Of a stretch of DNA of 64,000 nucleotides, positions 1 through 9,966 are shown piece by piece. The notes under the pieces are model-generated. The model did no database searches. It saw nothing but the letters and a program-made list of their open reading frames with translations, and was not told where the DNA came from. The stretch is from positions 3,232,001 to 3,296,000 of the forward strand of contig CP166615.1 of assembly GCA_041937175.2 (NCBI GenBank), written 5' to 3'. The position numbers were made by a program, and so were the translations under genes. The stretch's first letter is position 1, and the number at the start of each line of letters is the position of its first letter. Source of the DNA: Limnothrix sp. BL-A-16 (lineage in GTDB: Bacteria > Cyanobacteriota > Cyanobacteriia > CACIAM-69d).

Positions 1-17
1 AACCCTTCGCGGCGATC

Positions 18-638
18 GTGGTCGATCGTTTGGCCCATCCTTGGCAACGGGAAACCCTCGATCGCCTGGGCATTCCCCCCGATCGACTGCTGGAACTCGA
101 TCAACACCTGCAAATCCAAGCCGACAGCCTGATTGTGCCGCGCCGCTTTAACGGCCCTTCCAGCTATGGGGTAGCGGCGCTGCGGGAATTGGGAGAAAGT
201 TTTGAGCGATCGGCCCTGGTTGGGTTTCGGCGCAGTTTGCCAAGCTGCCGCCGTTGGGTGCTTTGTGCCAGTGATGGGCGCGATCGCCCTTGGTTAAACG
301 GCCCCGCCGTGGCCCAAGACTTGGCCCGTTGGGGGTTCAGCTTGCTAGATCCGGCCGCCTGCTCGTTGGCGGAATTAATAGCAATCTTTCAAACGGCAGA
401 GGCGATCGTCTCTCCCAGTCATCCAGCCCTGGCCCTGTTGCCCCTTTGCCCAGCGGACACGATCATCCTGGAAGTTGGCTCCCGCACCTATCAACCCTTG
501 GCACAACTGGCAGGACTTCAGGGGCGATCGATCCCTGCGGAACCCGCACCCCCAGGCAACGCCAGCCCAGTGCTTTGGGTGCGATCGGCCGAAGTGCGAG
601 CCGTGCTAGCTCGTTGTTTGCGGGGCTTGCGGGTTTAG
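18..638 (+). CDS. C-terminal part of glycosyltransferase family 61 (DUF563)-like protein; probably begins before the window
   Basis: ORF with WQRETLDRLGIP and IAIFQTAEAIVSPSHPAL...TIILE segments resembling cyanobacterial GT61/capsular polysaccharide proteins. Confidence 0.6.
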   Translation: MVDRLAHPWQRETLDRLGIPPDRLLELDQHLQIQADSLIVPRRFNGPSSYGVAALRELGESFERSALVGFRRSLPSCRRWVLCASDGRDRPWLNGPAVAQDLARWGFSLLDPAACSLAELIAIFQTAEAIVSPSHPALALLPLCPADTIILEVGSRTYQPLAQLAGLQGRSIPAEPAPPGNASPVLWVRSAEVRAVLARCLRGLRV

Positions 639-755
639 CGCCGCAATTTGCAGGCTAATGCTCAGGCGGAGCGCCGCAATACCCATCCAAAACGCCCACC
701 CAAAACGCCCGTCAAAATCCATCAACACTGCTCAAAATCGAGCAACAATGCAGTA

Positions 756-1657
756 GACCTCTTGCACGAATCAAATTGGATGCATTGCCTGGTAGTTGAG
801 CAACCCAGCTAACAGATGGAGCCTCAAGCCAAAACGGCGACGACGATTGCGATAGCGTCCTGAGAAAATCCGAAATCGCTTCAAGCGACGAATGGCATGC
901 TCAATCCGAATGCGCACCGCAGCCAACGCCTGATTGCAAGCTTTTTCCACCTCCGGCAGAGACTTTCGAGGTGGTTTCCGTTTCGGGAGGATCGTGGCCT
1001 CATGGTGACGAGCTAGCCCTTGATACCCACTATCCGCTAGACACAGCCGGTCTGGAGCTAAACGAAAAGCACTCTCACGCCAAAGCCGCAGGTCATGGGT
1101 GCGACCTCGACCCATCGCCGCGGCCAGGAATTGACCGGAGCGCCAATCAATCACCAATTGCCCTTTCAGCGTATGTTGCTTCTGCTTGCCGCTGTAGTAA
1201 GCACGCTGTTTTTTTTGGGTCGTTCAATGGCGACTTCGGTCACATCAATCACCACTACTGACTCATCAGCCTCGGGGTCTAAGAGGCGGCGTTTGCCGGG
1301 CAACGCAAACCGACCACTTTTGACCAAGACAGTCTCAACGCGGTTGATGATCCGACAGACGGTCGCTTCTGAGACCCCGAAATCAAGACCGATATGGAAT
1401 TGGGTGCGATACTCGCGCCAGTATTGCAGGGTCAGCAGGAGTTGATTCTCCACGCTGAGGCTATTTTGTCCACCGCGTTTGCCGCTACGGTCGAGGGCGG
1501 GACGGAGGACATCGAGCATGGCTTGGAAGGTAGAGCGACTGAAGCCACAAGCGCGGCGAAATTGCGATGGGGGAAGTGATGCAAGGTTTTCGTAGAGCAT
1601 CTCCCAGGGATGGTGACGACGACTTTCTACATTACTCCTTTATTCGTGCAAGAGGTC
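756..1657 (-). mobile_element. IS5-family (ISL2/IS702-like) insertion sequence
   Basis: Perfect 16-bp terminal inverted repeats GACCTCTTGCACGAAT (756-771 / 1642-1657), each flanked by TA; encloses a split transposase. Confidence 0.9.
771..1600 (-). CDS. IS5-family DDE transposase in two frames joined by a -1 frameshift at A8 (T-run 1209-1216)
   Basis: ORF1 has HTH region (LLLTLQYWREYRTQFHIG); ORF2 has LADSGYQG and RIRIEHAIRRLKRFRI; a -1 shift gives ERPKKKQRAYYSGKQKQHTLKGQLVID. Confidence 0.88.
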
Positions 1658-1715
1658 TAGTCTTTACCTAAAATAATTGGCACGCCATATCGCAAATGCC
1701 ATTAAGCAACGATTC

Positions 1716-1736
1716 GGTGGACATTGCCCACCCTAC
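1716..1736 (-). repeat. GTAG-type REP-like palindrome (GTAGGGTGGGCAATGTCCACC)
   Basis: GTAG tetranucleotide followed by an imperfect hairpin; abuts the MITE at 1736. Confidence 0.5.
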
Positions 1737-1877
1737 TGGCGCGGCTGCCTTAATTTACGGGGTTAAAGTCGCGAAGTTAGTCGTAGTAACAAGGGGCTTA
1801 AGCCCCTTGCTGCCTAACGATCTGGTGACGGCAACAGTCATTTGATTTGACCTATCAAAATAAGCTTGACACGCCAC
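1736..1877. mobile_element. MITE-like element, end-type B, 142 bp
   Basis: Imperfect inverted ends (CTGGCGCGGC... / ...GACACGCCAC) flanked by TA; central palindrome CAAGGGGCTTAAGCCCCTTG at 1790-1809. Confidence 0.65.
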
Positions 1878-1926
1878 TACGGGCAGATCAAAACTGATCA
1901 AACATACTCATCAGAAAAATATCCAT

Positions 1927-1955
1927 AAAAAAATGGGAGCCGTTTAAAACTCCCA
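1927..1955 (-). terminator. Rho-independent terminator downstream of hli
   Basis: TGGGAG...CTCCCA stem with a T-run on the minus strand. Confidence 0.5.
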
Positions 1956-2036
1956 CTCACCTGACTTTAGAGACCTTAGAGACTAGAGAGACTGGTGTCC
2001 GAATCACGACAGTCGCTATCTGCCTTCGTGCTGCCG

Positions 2037-2189
2037 TTAGCGCAGTCCCCAAAAGTGCATGACCCCTTGTCGGGAAAGCAATTCTGTGACCATGGCCGCG
2101 AGGATGCCGAGCATTGCCAAGCGACCATTCCAAACTTCGGCGGTGGCGGTGAAGCCCCACGGATGGGCTGTGCGACTGTTGGTTTTCAT
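2037..2189 (-). CDS. hli: High-light-inducible protein (HLIP/SCP)
   Basis: 50 aa with the GFTxxAExWNGRLAMLG chlorophyll-binding helix motif; RBS GGAG upstream. Confidence 0.93.
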   Translation of the reverse strand: MKTNSRTAHPWGFTATAEVWNGRLAMLGILAAMVTELLSRQGVMHFWGLR

Positions 2190-2202
2190 CGACCAACTCC
2201 TA

Positions 2203-2220
2203 TTTGTAAAATAATGTAAC
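2203..2220 (-). promoter_or_regulatory. HLR1 element (RpaB site) upstream of hli
   Basis: Minus strand GTTACATT-AT-TTTACAAA matches (G/T)TTACA(T/A)(T/A)-N2-(G/T)TTACA(T/A)(T/A). Confidence 0.85.
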
Positions 2221-2410
2221 AAATACTTGTTGATCGTGCAACTTTGTTTCTCAGGTGCTTGCCAAATCGACGGAAATGGGCATTTTTTGACCGTTGATTA
2301 GCCCCATGGATCAGCCCTGTTGATCCATGTTGATCCACCCTGGTAGCCGCATGGTCGATCGCAATCATCGCCTCAGGGTTGAGTGGTCAGCCCAAACCTG
2401 ACCACCCCGA

Positions 2411-3415
2411 TCATCCCTGTGATCGCAAGAGATCTTCAATGGACGATCGCAGGGGCAAGGCATCGATCGCCCCCGGTTTGGTGGTGGTCAAGGCTCCGGC
2501 CGCGCTGGCAAAGGCCACGACCGATCGAGCAACGGCCGGATCGGCCAAGGCCGCCAGCCCCCGTTCCAACAGTTGCGCCACAAACCCCGCCGTGAAGGCA
2601 TCGCCCGCCCCGGTTGTGTCCACCACAGGCACATTGAAAGCGGGCATTACTCCCCCATGGCCACTGATCCAGTAATGACAACCGCGCTCCCCGTCCGTGA
2701 CCAGCACGGCTTCTAGGTGATCCAACTTGTCCGCGATCATCATGGGATCGTGGGTATGGAACAGCCAATCGGCCTCCTCCCGCGCCAACTTCAGAAAATC
2801 CACCCGCTCCAGCAACGGCATCATCGATCCCGGTGCAATGCCTGGATCGGGCCAAAAGACCGATCGCCAGTTCACATCCAACACAATTTTGAGATAGTGC
2901 TCATCGGCCAAGTCCAAGGCCCGGCGGATGGCAGCGCTGCTGTCGGGATAGGCCAAGGCCAAAGTGCCCAACACCAAGCAATCGGCCGCTTGGAACTGCC
3001 GCGCCAACAGCAAGGAAGCTTGCAGCCGGGTATCGGCAAATTCTCGGGTGTCGTGGCCAATGTATCCACCGCTGCGAAAGGCGGCAAACTGGCGATCGCC
3101 CCGATCGTCCCGCAAGACGCAAACTTCACGGGTGGGGGCGGTGGGATGACGTTGCACTCCGTCCAAATTCACCCCCAAACTTTGCAGTTCCCCCAGCAGG
3201 CGATCGGCCGACTGCTCACTGCCCACACAGCCCACAAACCCAGCCGACACCCCCAACCGGCTGAGGGCACAAGCCACATTGGCCGGCGCACCACCGGGGT
3301 AGGTTGTCCAAGACTCCACCGCTTCGATCGATCGGCCGGGTTGATCAGCCAGACAGTCCCAAAGCAATTCACCCACGCAAAGGACTTGCGGGGAGGAGAC
3401 GCGCGCAGTCGTCAT
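2411..3415 (-). CDS. PfkB-family carbohydrate kinase (fructokinase-like)
   Basis: GGAPANVA and DTTGAGDAF PfkB signatures. Confidence 0.92.
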   Translation of the reverse strand: MTTARVSSPQVLCVGELLWDCLADQPGRSIEAVESWTTYPGGAPANVACALSRLGVSAGFVGCVGSEQSADRLLGELQSLGVNLDGVQRHPTAPTREVCVLRDDRGDRQFAAFRSGGYIGHDTREFADTRLQASLLLARQFQAADCLVLGTLALAYPDSSAAIRRALDLADEHYLKIVLDVNWRSVFWPDPGIAPGSMMPLLERVDFLKLAREEADWLFHTHDPMMIADKLDHLEAVLVTDGERGCHYWISGHGGVMPAFNVPVVDTTGAGDAFTAGFVAQLLERGLAALADPAVARSVVAFASAAGALTTTKPGAIDALPLRSSIEDLLRSQG

Positions 3416-3828
3416 GATCTCTCCTCGGTTAAGCTGGATTCGATCGGCCAATGCCGATCTATCTAGTTATTGGACTAGTTATTGGACGGTTGATTGATTA
3501 GACGGTTACTCGTGGTTATTCAGCCGTAGATCACCGCCCCATGGTGTTCCCGCCAGTCACGAAGGCAATTCAGCAAATTTGATTTCAATTCAGCCAATTC
3601 AATTCAGCGGATGTTGCCACTCCCATCGGCAATCGGCAGGGTCTTCCGAAGACCGAGGGTTTTTAGCCCAGTTCAATGGGGTCTGTCCTCTGAATCCAGC
3701 ATAACAAGCCACTTCTAGGCTGCTTGTGACAAAAAATGAATCTCTGTTAACGAGTGCGTCCCTCTGTTAAAAGCAGTTGATTTAGAAGCAGTTGATTAAC
3801 CCGTTGATTAACCCTTGCCCAGGCCTTC

Positions 3829-4923
3829 ATGAGGATCATGCCGCAGAGATCGCCTCTCTCAACCCCAGCCCCCACCGTTTACCCTCGCCCCGCTGGACTA
3901 ACGGGAACCGGGAGGCGGTCAAACAGTGGGCAAAGTCGGAAGCGATCGAGAAGAGCGTGGGGGTTGCGCCCGTTGCGGGTGTTGTTGGTGATGGTTTGGC
4001 TGGTGCTGCTGGGGGGCTGTGTGGATTTGGATACGGAGGTGCGGTTTCCGGATGCCAACCATGGCGCATTGGTACAAACGGTGCGGCTGAGTGAAGGGTG
4101 GCAGGTGTGGGGCGAGGCCACGGCCAAGGCCTGGCTCGATCGCTGGGCCGCCCAAGCCAAGACGATCGGGGGTCAAGTGTTGGAACAAAGCGATCGAACC
4201 CTGACGATCGCCATTCCCTTCCAGAACGGGCAAGATTTACAATCCACCTTTCAGACATTCAGCCAAACCCTGGGAATCGTCGATCAAGAGGCGGCGAAGT
4301 CTGGCGATCGCTCCGGCCACCAGACCACCGCAGCCCAAACGAGATCCCTTGCCAGAGGGGGCGATCGGTTAGCCGATCAAACGCTAAAGGTGAATGGGGA
4401 TTCGCTACCGGATCCGGCTTTGCTCGATCCCTTGGCCTTTCCCAGCCAGTTCCAATTGCAACAGCAAAATTGGTTGGTCGCTGTCCGAAACCAACTTCGC
4501 TACGAGGTGGACTTGCGATCGCTGGCGGCCCTGGGCGGCGAGCAGTTGGCCCTGGTGGACACGAGCCGGCTCTTGCGTTGGCAATTTGGCTTGCGAGTGC
4601 CCCATTGGGGCCAAGGCACTATCCAACCGCCCCACCCGGAACCCGACTTGAACCCCCAAGCAGGACAACCGGGCCCGATCCAGCCCAACCGCCCCAGCCC
4701 CCAACGGCAACAGGGCCGCTGGGTTTGGACTCTGGAACCGGGCACGGTCACCACGATCGAAGCGGTGTTTTGGGTTCCCAGTTGGGTGGGCATTGGCGGC
4801 CTGATGATTGGGTTATTCGGGGCGATCGGGTGGTGGCGTTGGCGACCGATCCCGACCAGTTCTCTCTCAAAAACGGAAGCCGCCGAAACCCCCAACCCAA
4901 CCGATTCCACCCCTGCCCACTGA
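3829..4923 (+). CDS. DUF3153-like membrane/lipoprotein
   Basis: LLGGCV lipobox-like segment; C-terminal IEAVFWVPSWVGIG plus TM helix; start uncertain. Confidence 0.65.
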   Translation: MRIMPQRSPLSTPAPTVYPRPAGLTGTGRRSNSGQSRKRSRRAWGLRPLRVLLVMVWLVLLGGCVDLDTEVRFPDANHGALVQTVRLSEGWQVWGEATAKAWLDRWAAQAKTIGGQVLEQSDRTLTIAIPFQNGQDLQSTFQTFSQTLGIVDQEAAKSGDRSGHQTTAAQTRSLARGGDRLADQTLKVNGDSLPDPALLDPLAFPSQFQLQQQNWLVAVRNQLRYEVDLRSLAALGGEQLALVDTSRLLRWQFGLRVPHWGQGTIQPPHPEPDLNPQAGQPGPIQPNRPSPQRQQGRWVWTLEPGTVTTIEAVFWVPSWVGIGGLMIGLFGAIGWWRWRPIPTSSLSKTEAAETPNPTDSTPAH

Positions 4924-5137
4924 GCCGTTTCCGTGCCCATCGGAACCTGATCGCCCCAACCTCGGCCCTGAAAATGACTCTGAAAACTGTCGCCTGTGAA
5001 CCTTGCGGATCGGGGGCATTTTTTAGAATAACCTCCACAGAACCCGCGCCCCAATCACTCCCGGATCCAGGCTTGGATCGGGGTTTAGACCACGGCTTGT
5101 TTGCTCAACCTCGGCCTACACACAACCTGACACTGTT

Positions 5138-7261
5138 ATGACCGCCCAGCTTCGCATTCTGATGTGCTCGCCTGACCACTACGATGTGGATTATGTGATT
5201 AATCCCTGGATGGAGGGCAATGTCCACAAGTCCTCGCGCGATCGGGCAGTGGAGCAGTGGCAAAAACTCTACAAAGTGCTCAAGGCCCGGGCGATCGTCG
5301 ATTTGGTGGAACCGGCCAAGGGTTGGCCCGACATGGTGTTCACCGCCAACGCTGGCCTGGTGCTGGGAGACAAGGCCGTCCTCAGTCGCTTCTATCACAA
5401 GGAACGGCAGGGCGAAGAACCCTACTTCAAAGCCTGGTTTGAGCAAAACGGCTTCACGGTTTACGAACTGCCCAAGGATTTGCCCTTTGAAGGGGCCGGC
5501 GATGCCCTGTTCGATCGCGAAGGGCGTTGGCTTTGGGCGGGCTATGGCTTCCGCTCCGAATTGGACTCGCATCCCTACCTGGCCCAATGGCTGGATATTG
5601 AGGTGTTGTCCCTGCATTTGGTTGATGAGCGGTTCTATCACCTGGATACCTGCTTCTGCCCCCTCGAAGGCGGCTACTTGCTCTACTATCCCGGTGCATT
5701 CGATGCCTACTCCAACCAACTGATTGAGCGACGGGTTCCGGCGGCCAAGCGGATTGCGATCGAGGAAGCCGACGCGGTGAACTTTGCCTGCAACTCCGTC
5801 AACCTGGGCCAAGTGGTGGTCATGAACAAGGCCAGCAACAGCCTGAAATCCGCCCTGGCGCGGGCCGGGTTTGAGGTGGTGGAAACGCCCCTCACGGAAT
5901 TCCTGAAAGCGGGCGGCGCGGCCAAATGCCTGACCCTGCGGGTGAATGAGCCGGTGATGGAAGATCGCCATGCGGTGGCCGGCGTTGAAACCCGTGTGAT
6001 CCAAATGCAAGGGCACTTGCTGGACTCGGGGCTAATTAACCGCGCCCTGGACTTGATCGTGGAAGGGGGCGGCAGCTTCCAAGTGTTGGATTTTCGGTTG
6101 GGTGAGCAGCGCCAAAGCACCTCCGCCGCTCGGATCAAGGTTTCCGCGCCATCCCATGAGGTGATGGAAGAGTTGATGGCCCAGTTGATCGATCTGGGGG
6201 CCGTGGCTCCGGACGATCGCTCCGAGCGCGACGCGCAGTTGGAACCCATTGAGCTGCCCGGCGTAGCTCCCGATGACTTTTACGTCACCACCATTTACCC
6301 CACGGAAGTGCGCGTTCAAGGCCAGTGGATTCGCCTGCAAAATCAACGGATGGACGGGGCGATCGCGATCGCGGGACTGAACGAAGGGCAACTGGTGGCT
6401 CGCTGCAAACTGCTGCGGGATCTGGAGTTGGGTGAATATGTGGTGACCGGCATTGACGGGATCCGCACGGTGCGCAAGGCAGAGGCCCGGGGCGATCGCA
6501 CGGCCCGCGAATCCCAGGAATTCACCTTCATGGGATCCGGCGTTTCCAGTGAGCGCCGCGTGGAGCTGGTGGTGGAACAAATTGCTTGGGAACTGCGCCA
6601 GGTGCGGGAACGGCGCGGCAAAACCGTTGTGGTGGCCGGGCCGGTGGTGATCCACACGGGCGGCGGTGAACACCTCTCACGGCTGATCCGCGAAGGCTAT
6701 GTCCATGCATTGCTGGGCGGCAACGCGATCGCCGTTCACGACATGGAACAAGCCCTGATGGGCACTTCCTTGGGAGTGGACATGAAGCAAGGAATCGCCG
6801 TGCGCGGCGGCCACCGCCACCACCTGAAGACGATCAACACCATTCGCCGTTGCGGCAACATTGCCAAGGCCGTTGAACAGGGTGTGTTGACCAACGGGAT
6901 CATGTACGAGTGCGTCAAGCAGGATGTGCCCTTTGTGCTGGCGGGATCCATCCGGGATGATGGCCCCTTGCCGGATACGGTGACGGACATGGTGGAAGCC
7001 CAGCAGGCCTACGCCAAGCTGCTGGAAGGGGCAGACACCATCATCATGCTGTCTTCGATGCTCCACTCGATCGGGGTGGGCAACATGACCCCGGCGGGCG
7101 TGAAGCTGGTTTGCGTGGACATCAACCCGGCGGTGGTGACCAAACTGGCCGATCGCGGCTCCCTGGAGTCTGTGGGCGTGGTGACCGATGTGGGTCTGTT
7201 CCTGAGCCTGCTGATGCGGCAGTTGGATAAGCTGGAAAGCCCCTACGAACTGGCAGTTTAG
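5138..7261 (+). CDS. argZ: Bifunctional arginine dihydrolase/ornithine cyclodeaminase (ArgZ/AgrE)
   Basis: N-terminal amidinotransferase fold (DMVFTANAG, YHLDTCF, GGAAKCLTL) and C-terminal LOR/SDH-like region (GSIRDDGPLPD). Confidence 0.92.
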   Translation: MTAQLRILMCSPDHYDVDYVINPWMEGNVHKSSRDRAVEQWQKLYKVLKARAIVDLVEPAKGWPDMVFTANAGLVLGDKAVLSRFYHKERQGEEPYFKAWFEQNGFTVYELPKDLPFEGAGDALFDREGRWLWAGYGFRSELDSHPYLAQWLDIEVLSLHLVDERFYHLDTCFCPLEGGYLLYYPGAFDAYSNQLIERRVPAAKRIAIEEADAVNFACNSVNLGQVVVMNKASNSLKSALARAGFEVVETPLTEFLKAGGAAKCLTLRVNEPVMEDRHAVAGVETRVIQMQGHLLDSGLINRALDLIVEGGGSFQVLDFRLGEQRQSTSAARIKVSAPSHEVMEELMAQLIDLGAVAPDDRSERDAQLEPIELPGVAPDDFYVTTIYPTEVRVQGQWIRLQNQRMDGAIAIAGLNEGQLVARCKLLRDLELGEYVVTGIDGIRTVRKAEARGDRTARESQEFTFMGSGVSSERRVELVVEQIAWELRQVRERRGKTVVVAGPVVIHTGGGEHLSRLIREGYVHALLGGNAIAVHDMEQALMGTSLGVDMKQGIAVRGGHRHHLKTINTIRRCGNIAKAVEQGVLTNGIMYECVKQDVPFVLAGSIRDDGPLPDTVTDMVEAQQAYAKLLEGADTIIMLSSMLHSIGVGNMTPAGVKLVCVDINPAVVTKLADRGSLESVGVVTDVGLFLSLLMRQLDKLESPYELAV

Positions 7262-7364
7262 GCGTTGCAGTTTAGGCGTTAGGTATTAGGCGGGCTGGGT
7301 TTCGGAGCCATCCACTTTGGCGACCGATCCCAGCCCCTGTCAGTCCATGGCTGCCACAACCGGC

Positions 7365-8687
7365 CTAGGTCTTGAGCAATCCATGCATTCCCGCCAATAA
7401 CACCCAGCCCAATAAATTCACCCGCAAATCAAATAGGGTGACATCCAAGAGATGGTAAGCGGCGAGATTGGCGAATCCTAACCCCCAAGCGGCCAAACGG
7501 GTTTGGGAGTCCCGATCGCCCCAACGGCCGATCGCCCGGGTGAACTGGGCCATGATCCAGCCACAGAGGCAGATCAGCCCCAAAGCCGCTGGCCAGCCCG
7601 TTTCCATGGCCAACATCAGGGCCAAGTTGTGGGGATGGCCCAGCCAATTGCCTGTGGCCCGTTCATACAGTCCCGTGAAGTTGCCCAAACCCCAACCCGT
7701 CCAAGGCCGCTGGGCGGCCAAGTTCCAAGCGAAGTCCCACTGACTCCGGCGCAGGGTGGCTTCGGGGCGATCGGGATACAGGGCATCATTCAGCCGGCCC
7801 CAAATGGCCTTCGGGACGATCGACCTCAGGGGACCGGCGGCCGGTTCGGGGCCAAAGGCCGCTCCCAGCACCAAGGCGATCGCCCCGCCCGCCAGGGCCA
7901 ACAACCAAAACCAACCCACGTATAACCCCGCCGCCAACAGGTCGATCGCGGCCAGGGCCCAACCACTGCGCGAGTCCGTTAGCCCGATCGCCCCCAGCAG
8001 CAACAGCACCGATAATCCATTGCCCAGGATCACCCCCCAACCGAGGGCAGCATGGGTCGATCGGTGGGTTTGCGCCCGTCGCCACCGCTCCCCATCCATC
8101 ACCAACAACCCCAGGGCCAGCACCAGCGCCACCCCAAAGTAGCTGGCGGTCACGTTGGCATATTCAAAAGCCGAAGACAGCCGCCCTGGCGGATTGCCGC
8201 CCGCGGCCAAAATCCAGTCAACGATCGGCACGACGCGCACCGGGCCGCGCCATCCCCCAAACAGTTGCCCCAACCCCAACCCCACGGCGGGCAGACAACC
8301 CCACACGATCGCCTGAGCCAAGGGCCGCAGGTGCGATCGATGGGTGATCAGTTGGCTGAAGGCCCCAAAGGCCCAAAAAAACGGCAAAAAATTCGCCAGA
8401 CCCAACGCCGCCCGCTCCAGGTTGGGCGAACCGGGCAAGGACAGCAACATCACCAGGCCGATCGCCCCCCAGGCCCAAACCAGCCGATCGCGCCGGATCG
8501 CATCCCAGCGTTGCCAGTAGGTGGCAATGATCGCCAACCCGATCGCCACCGCCCCCAAGGCCGGACTCAGGGGCAAAACCAACAGCCCCCACCAAAGCCC
8601 CGCCCAAGGCCCCAACAGGGCCGGGTCAATCACAATCGAGCGCGTGGGCCCCAGCCAAACTCGCTCCAGCGCGGCCAACTTCCCCAT
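7365..8687 (-). CDS. O-antigen ligase family protein
   Basis: Multi-TM protein with TDSRSGW, PWTGWGLGNF and HPHNLAL motifs. Confidence 0.85.
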   Translation of the reverse strand: MGKLAALERVWLGPTRSIVIDPALLGPWAGLWWGLLVLPLSPALGAVAIGLAIIATYWQRWDAIRRDRLVWAWGAIGLVMLLSLPGSPNLERAALGLANFLPFFWAFGAFSQLITHRSHLRPLAQAIVWGCLPAVGLGLGQLFGGWRGPVRVVPIVDWILAAGGNPPGRLSSAFEYANVTASYFGVALVLALGLLVMDGERWRRAQTHRSTHAALGWGVILGNGLSVLLLLGAIGLTDSRSGWALAAIDLLAAGLYVGWFWLLALAGGAIALVLGAAFGPEPAAGPLRSIVPKAIWGRLNDALYPDRPEATLRRSQWDFAWNLAAQRPWTGWGLGNFTGLYERATGNWLGHPHNLALMLAMETGWPAALGLICLCGWIMAQFTRAIGRWGDRDSQTRLAAWGLGFANLAAYHLLDVTLFDLRVNLLGWVLLAGMHGLLKT

Positions 8688-8703
8688 GGCCTAGGCTCGC
8701 TCC

Positions 8704-9561
8704 CTAGGCAAATCCGTAGGCGATCGCGTCATCGCCGCGTGTCATCCGAATTTGGGCCAGGGCAAACACCGCCGGCACAATCCGCCCGTAGTTGGTGGCG
8801 ATCGTTCGCCAACCCAAATCCGCAAAAAACCAGCCCCACATCAGGGGCCCCATCACTGCCAACACCGTTTGCGCAGCGCCATAGCGAGCGGCCGTCATCA
8901 TCATCCCCCGCTGGGCCATCTTGGCTGCCACTTGGGTTTCCAGGGCCGCCGCCGCACCGCCGGAAGCTGCGATCGCCACCTGGGCCGACTGATATCGCAC
9001 CATGTGGGTCACAAACTGTTGGGCAATTTGCCGCAACACCAGGGGCCGCACCACCGCATCCAGGGCGATCGCGCCGCCCCCTTCCAACAGCAGCCGCACC
9101 GGATCGCGCCGCAGGGCTGCGGGAATGGCATCCACACCGGGAATCGTGGCGATCGACCGTTGCAAATCCTTGGTCAGGGCGGCCCGTTGCCGCTTGGGCA
9201 ATCGCTTCCAGGCCCGATCGAGCAAGTGTAGAAAAACTTCCGCCTCCAGTTCCGTGGCTGTCCAGGTTTCACCGTAGGGCAATCGCAGATGTTGGCAAAC
9301 CCTGACCAACACATCGCGGTAGGTCACCTCATGGAACCGCCCCCGCAACACCGTTAACCCGTCGGCAGCCAAGTAGCGAAATCGACGGTCGATCGCATCT
9401 AACCAAGCATCCCGATCGCGGCTCTGTACCGACAGGGGATCGGGCGTGGCAACGTAGTCCAAGGGGTTAAACTTCCGCGCGAACAGCATCTCCGTCAGTT
9501 CGCGTAACTCATCATTAGTTGCTAATTCCAATGCTGCTCGCAGTTCGTCCACAGCCCCCAC
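8704..9561 (-). CDS. YaaW/UPF0174-like conserved protein
   Basis: DELRAALELAT, RFRYLAADG and TNYGRIVP motifs typical of cyanobacterial YaaW family. Confidence 0.75.
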   Translation of the reverse strand: MGAVDELRAALELATNDELRELTEMLFARKFNPLDYVATPDPLSVQSRDRDAWLDAIDRRFRYLAADGLTVLRGRFHEVTYRDVLVRVCQHLRLPYGETWTATELEAEVFLHLLDRAWKRLPKRQRAALTKDLQRSIATIPGVDAIPAALRRDPVRLLLEGGGAIALDAVVRPLVLRQIAQQFVTHMVRYQSAQVAIAASGGAAAALETQVAAKMAQRGMMMTAARYGAAQTVLAVMGPLMWGWFFADLGWRTIATNYGRIVPAVFALAQIRMTRGDDAIAYGFA

Positions 9562-9966
9562 TCCGCATCATTTTCAGCGTGATTGCCAGCGTTTAAATAG
9601 CGTTTGAATCGCCAATGAATGGCTCGCTAATAGCCTGTTTATGGCTTGGTTTCTATGGCTTGGGTGAGTCAGCGCCAATCGTTCCCAAGGGTGTTACACA
9701 AGGGCGCAGGAATGACAACTCAACGCCTAAATTTGCTTCGCCTTGGGGTCAGCCCCATTGTACAAAGGGATGGGAAAACGCCCATGACCTTGGCGCAAAA
9801 TCTCGCTACAATCTTTAGATTTTCTTTGCATTCCGTCTTTGGTATCTGAAGTTCAGTTAACCCTGACAGTTGGCTTGACCGTTTGGCCAGTGATGCTGGG
9901 TTGCCCCAAAAATAACGCAAAGTCTCCGTAAAATTCCTGGCCCGATCGCCCCGATATCAAGCCCCT

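Noticed and set aside
8052..9305. 417-aa plus-strand ORF
   Set aside because: Pro/Arg-rich shadow overlapping two well-supported minus-strand genes
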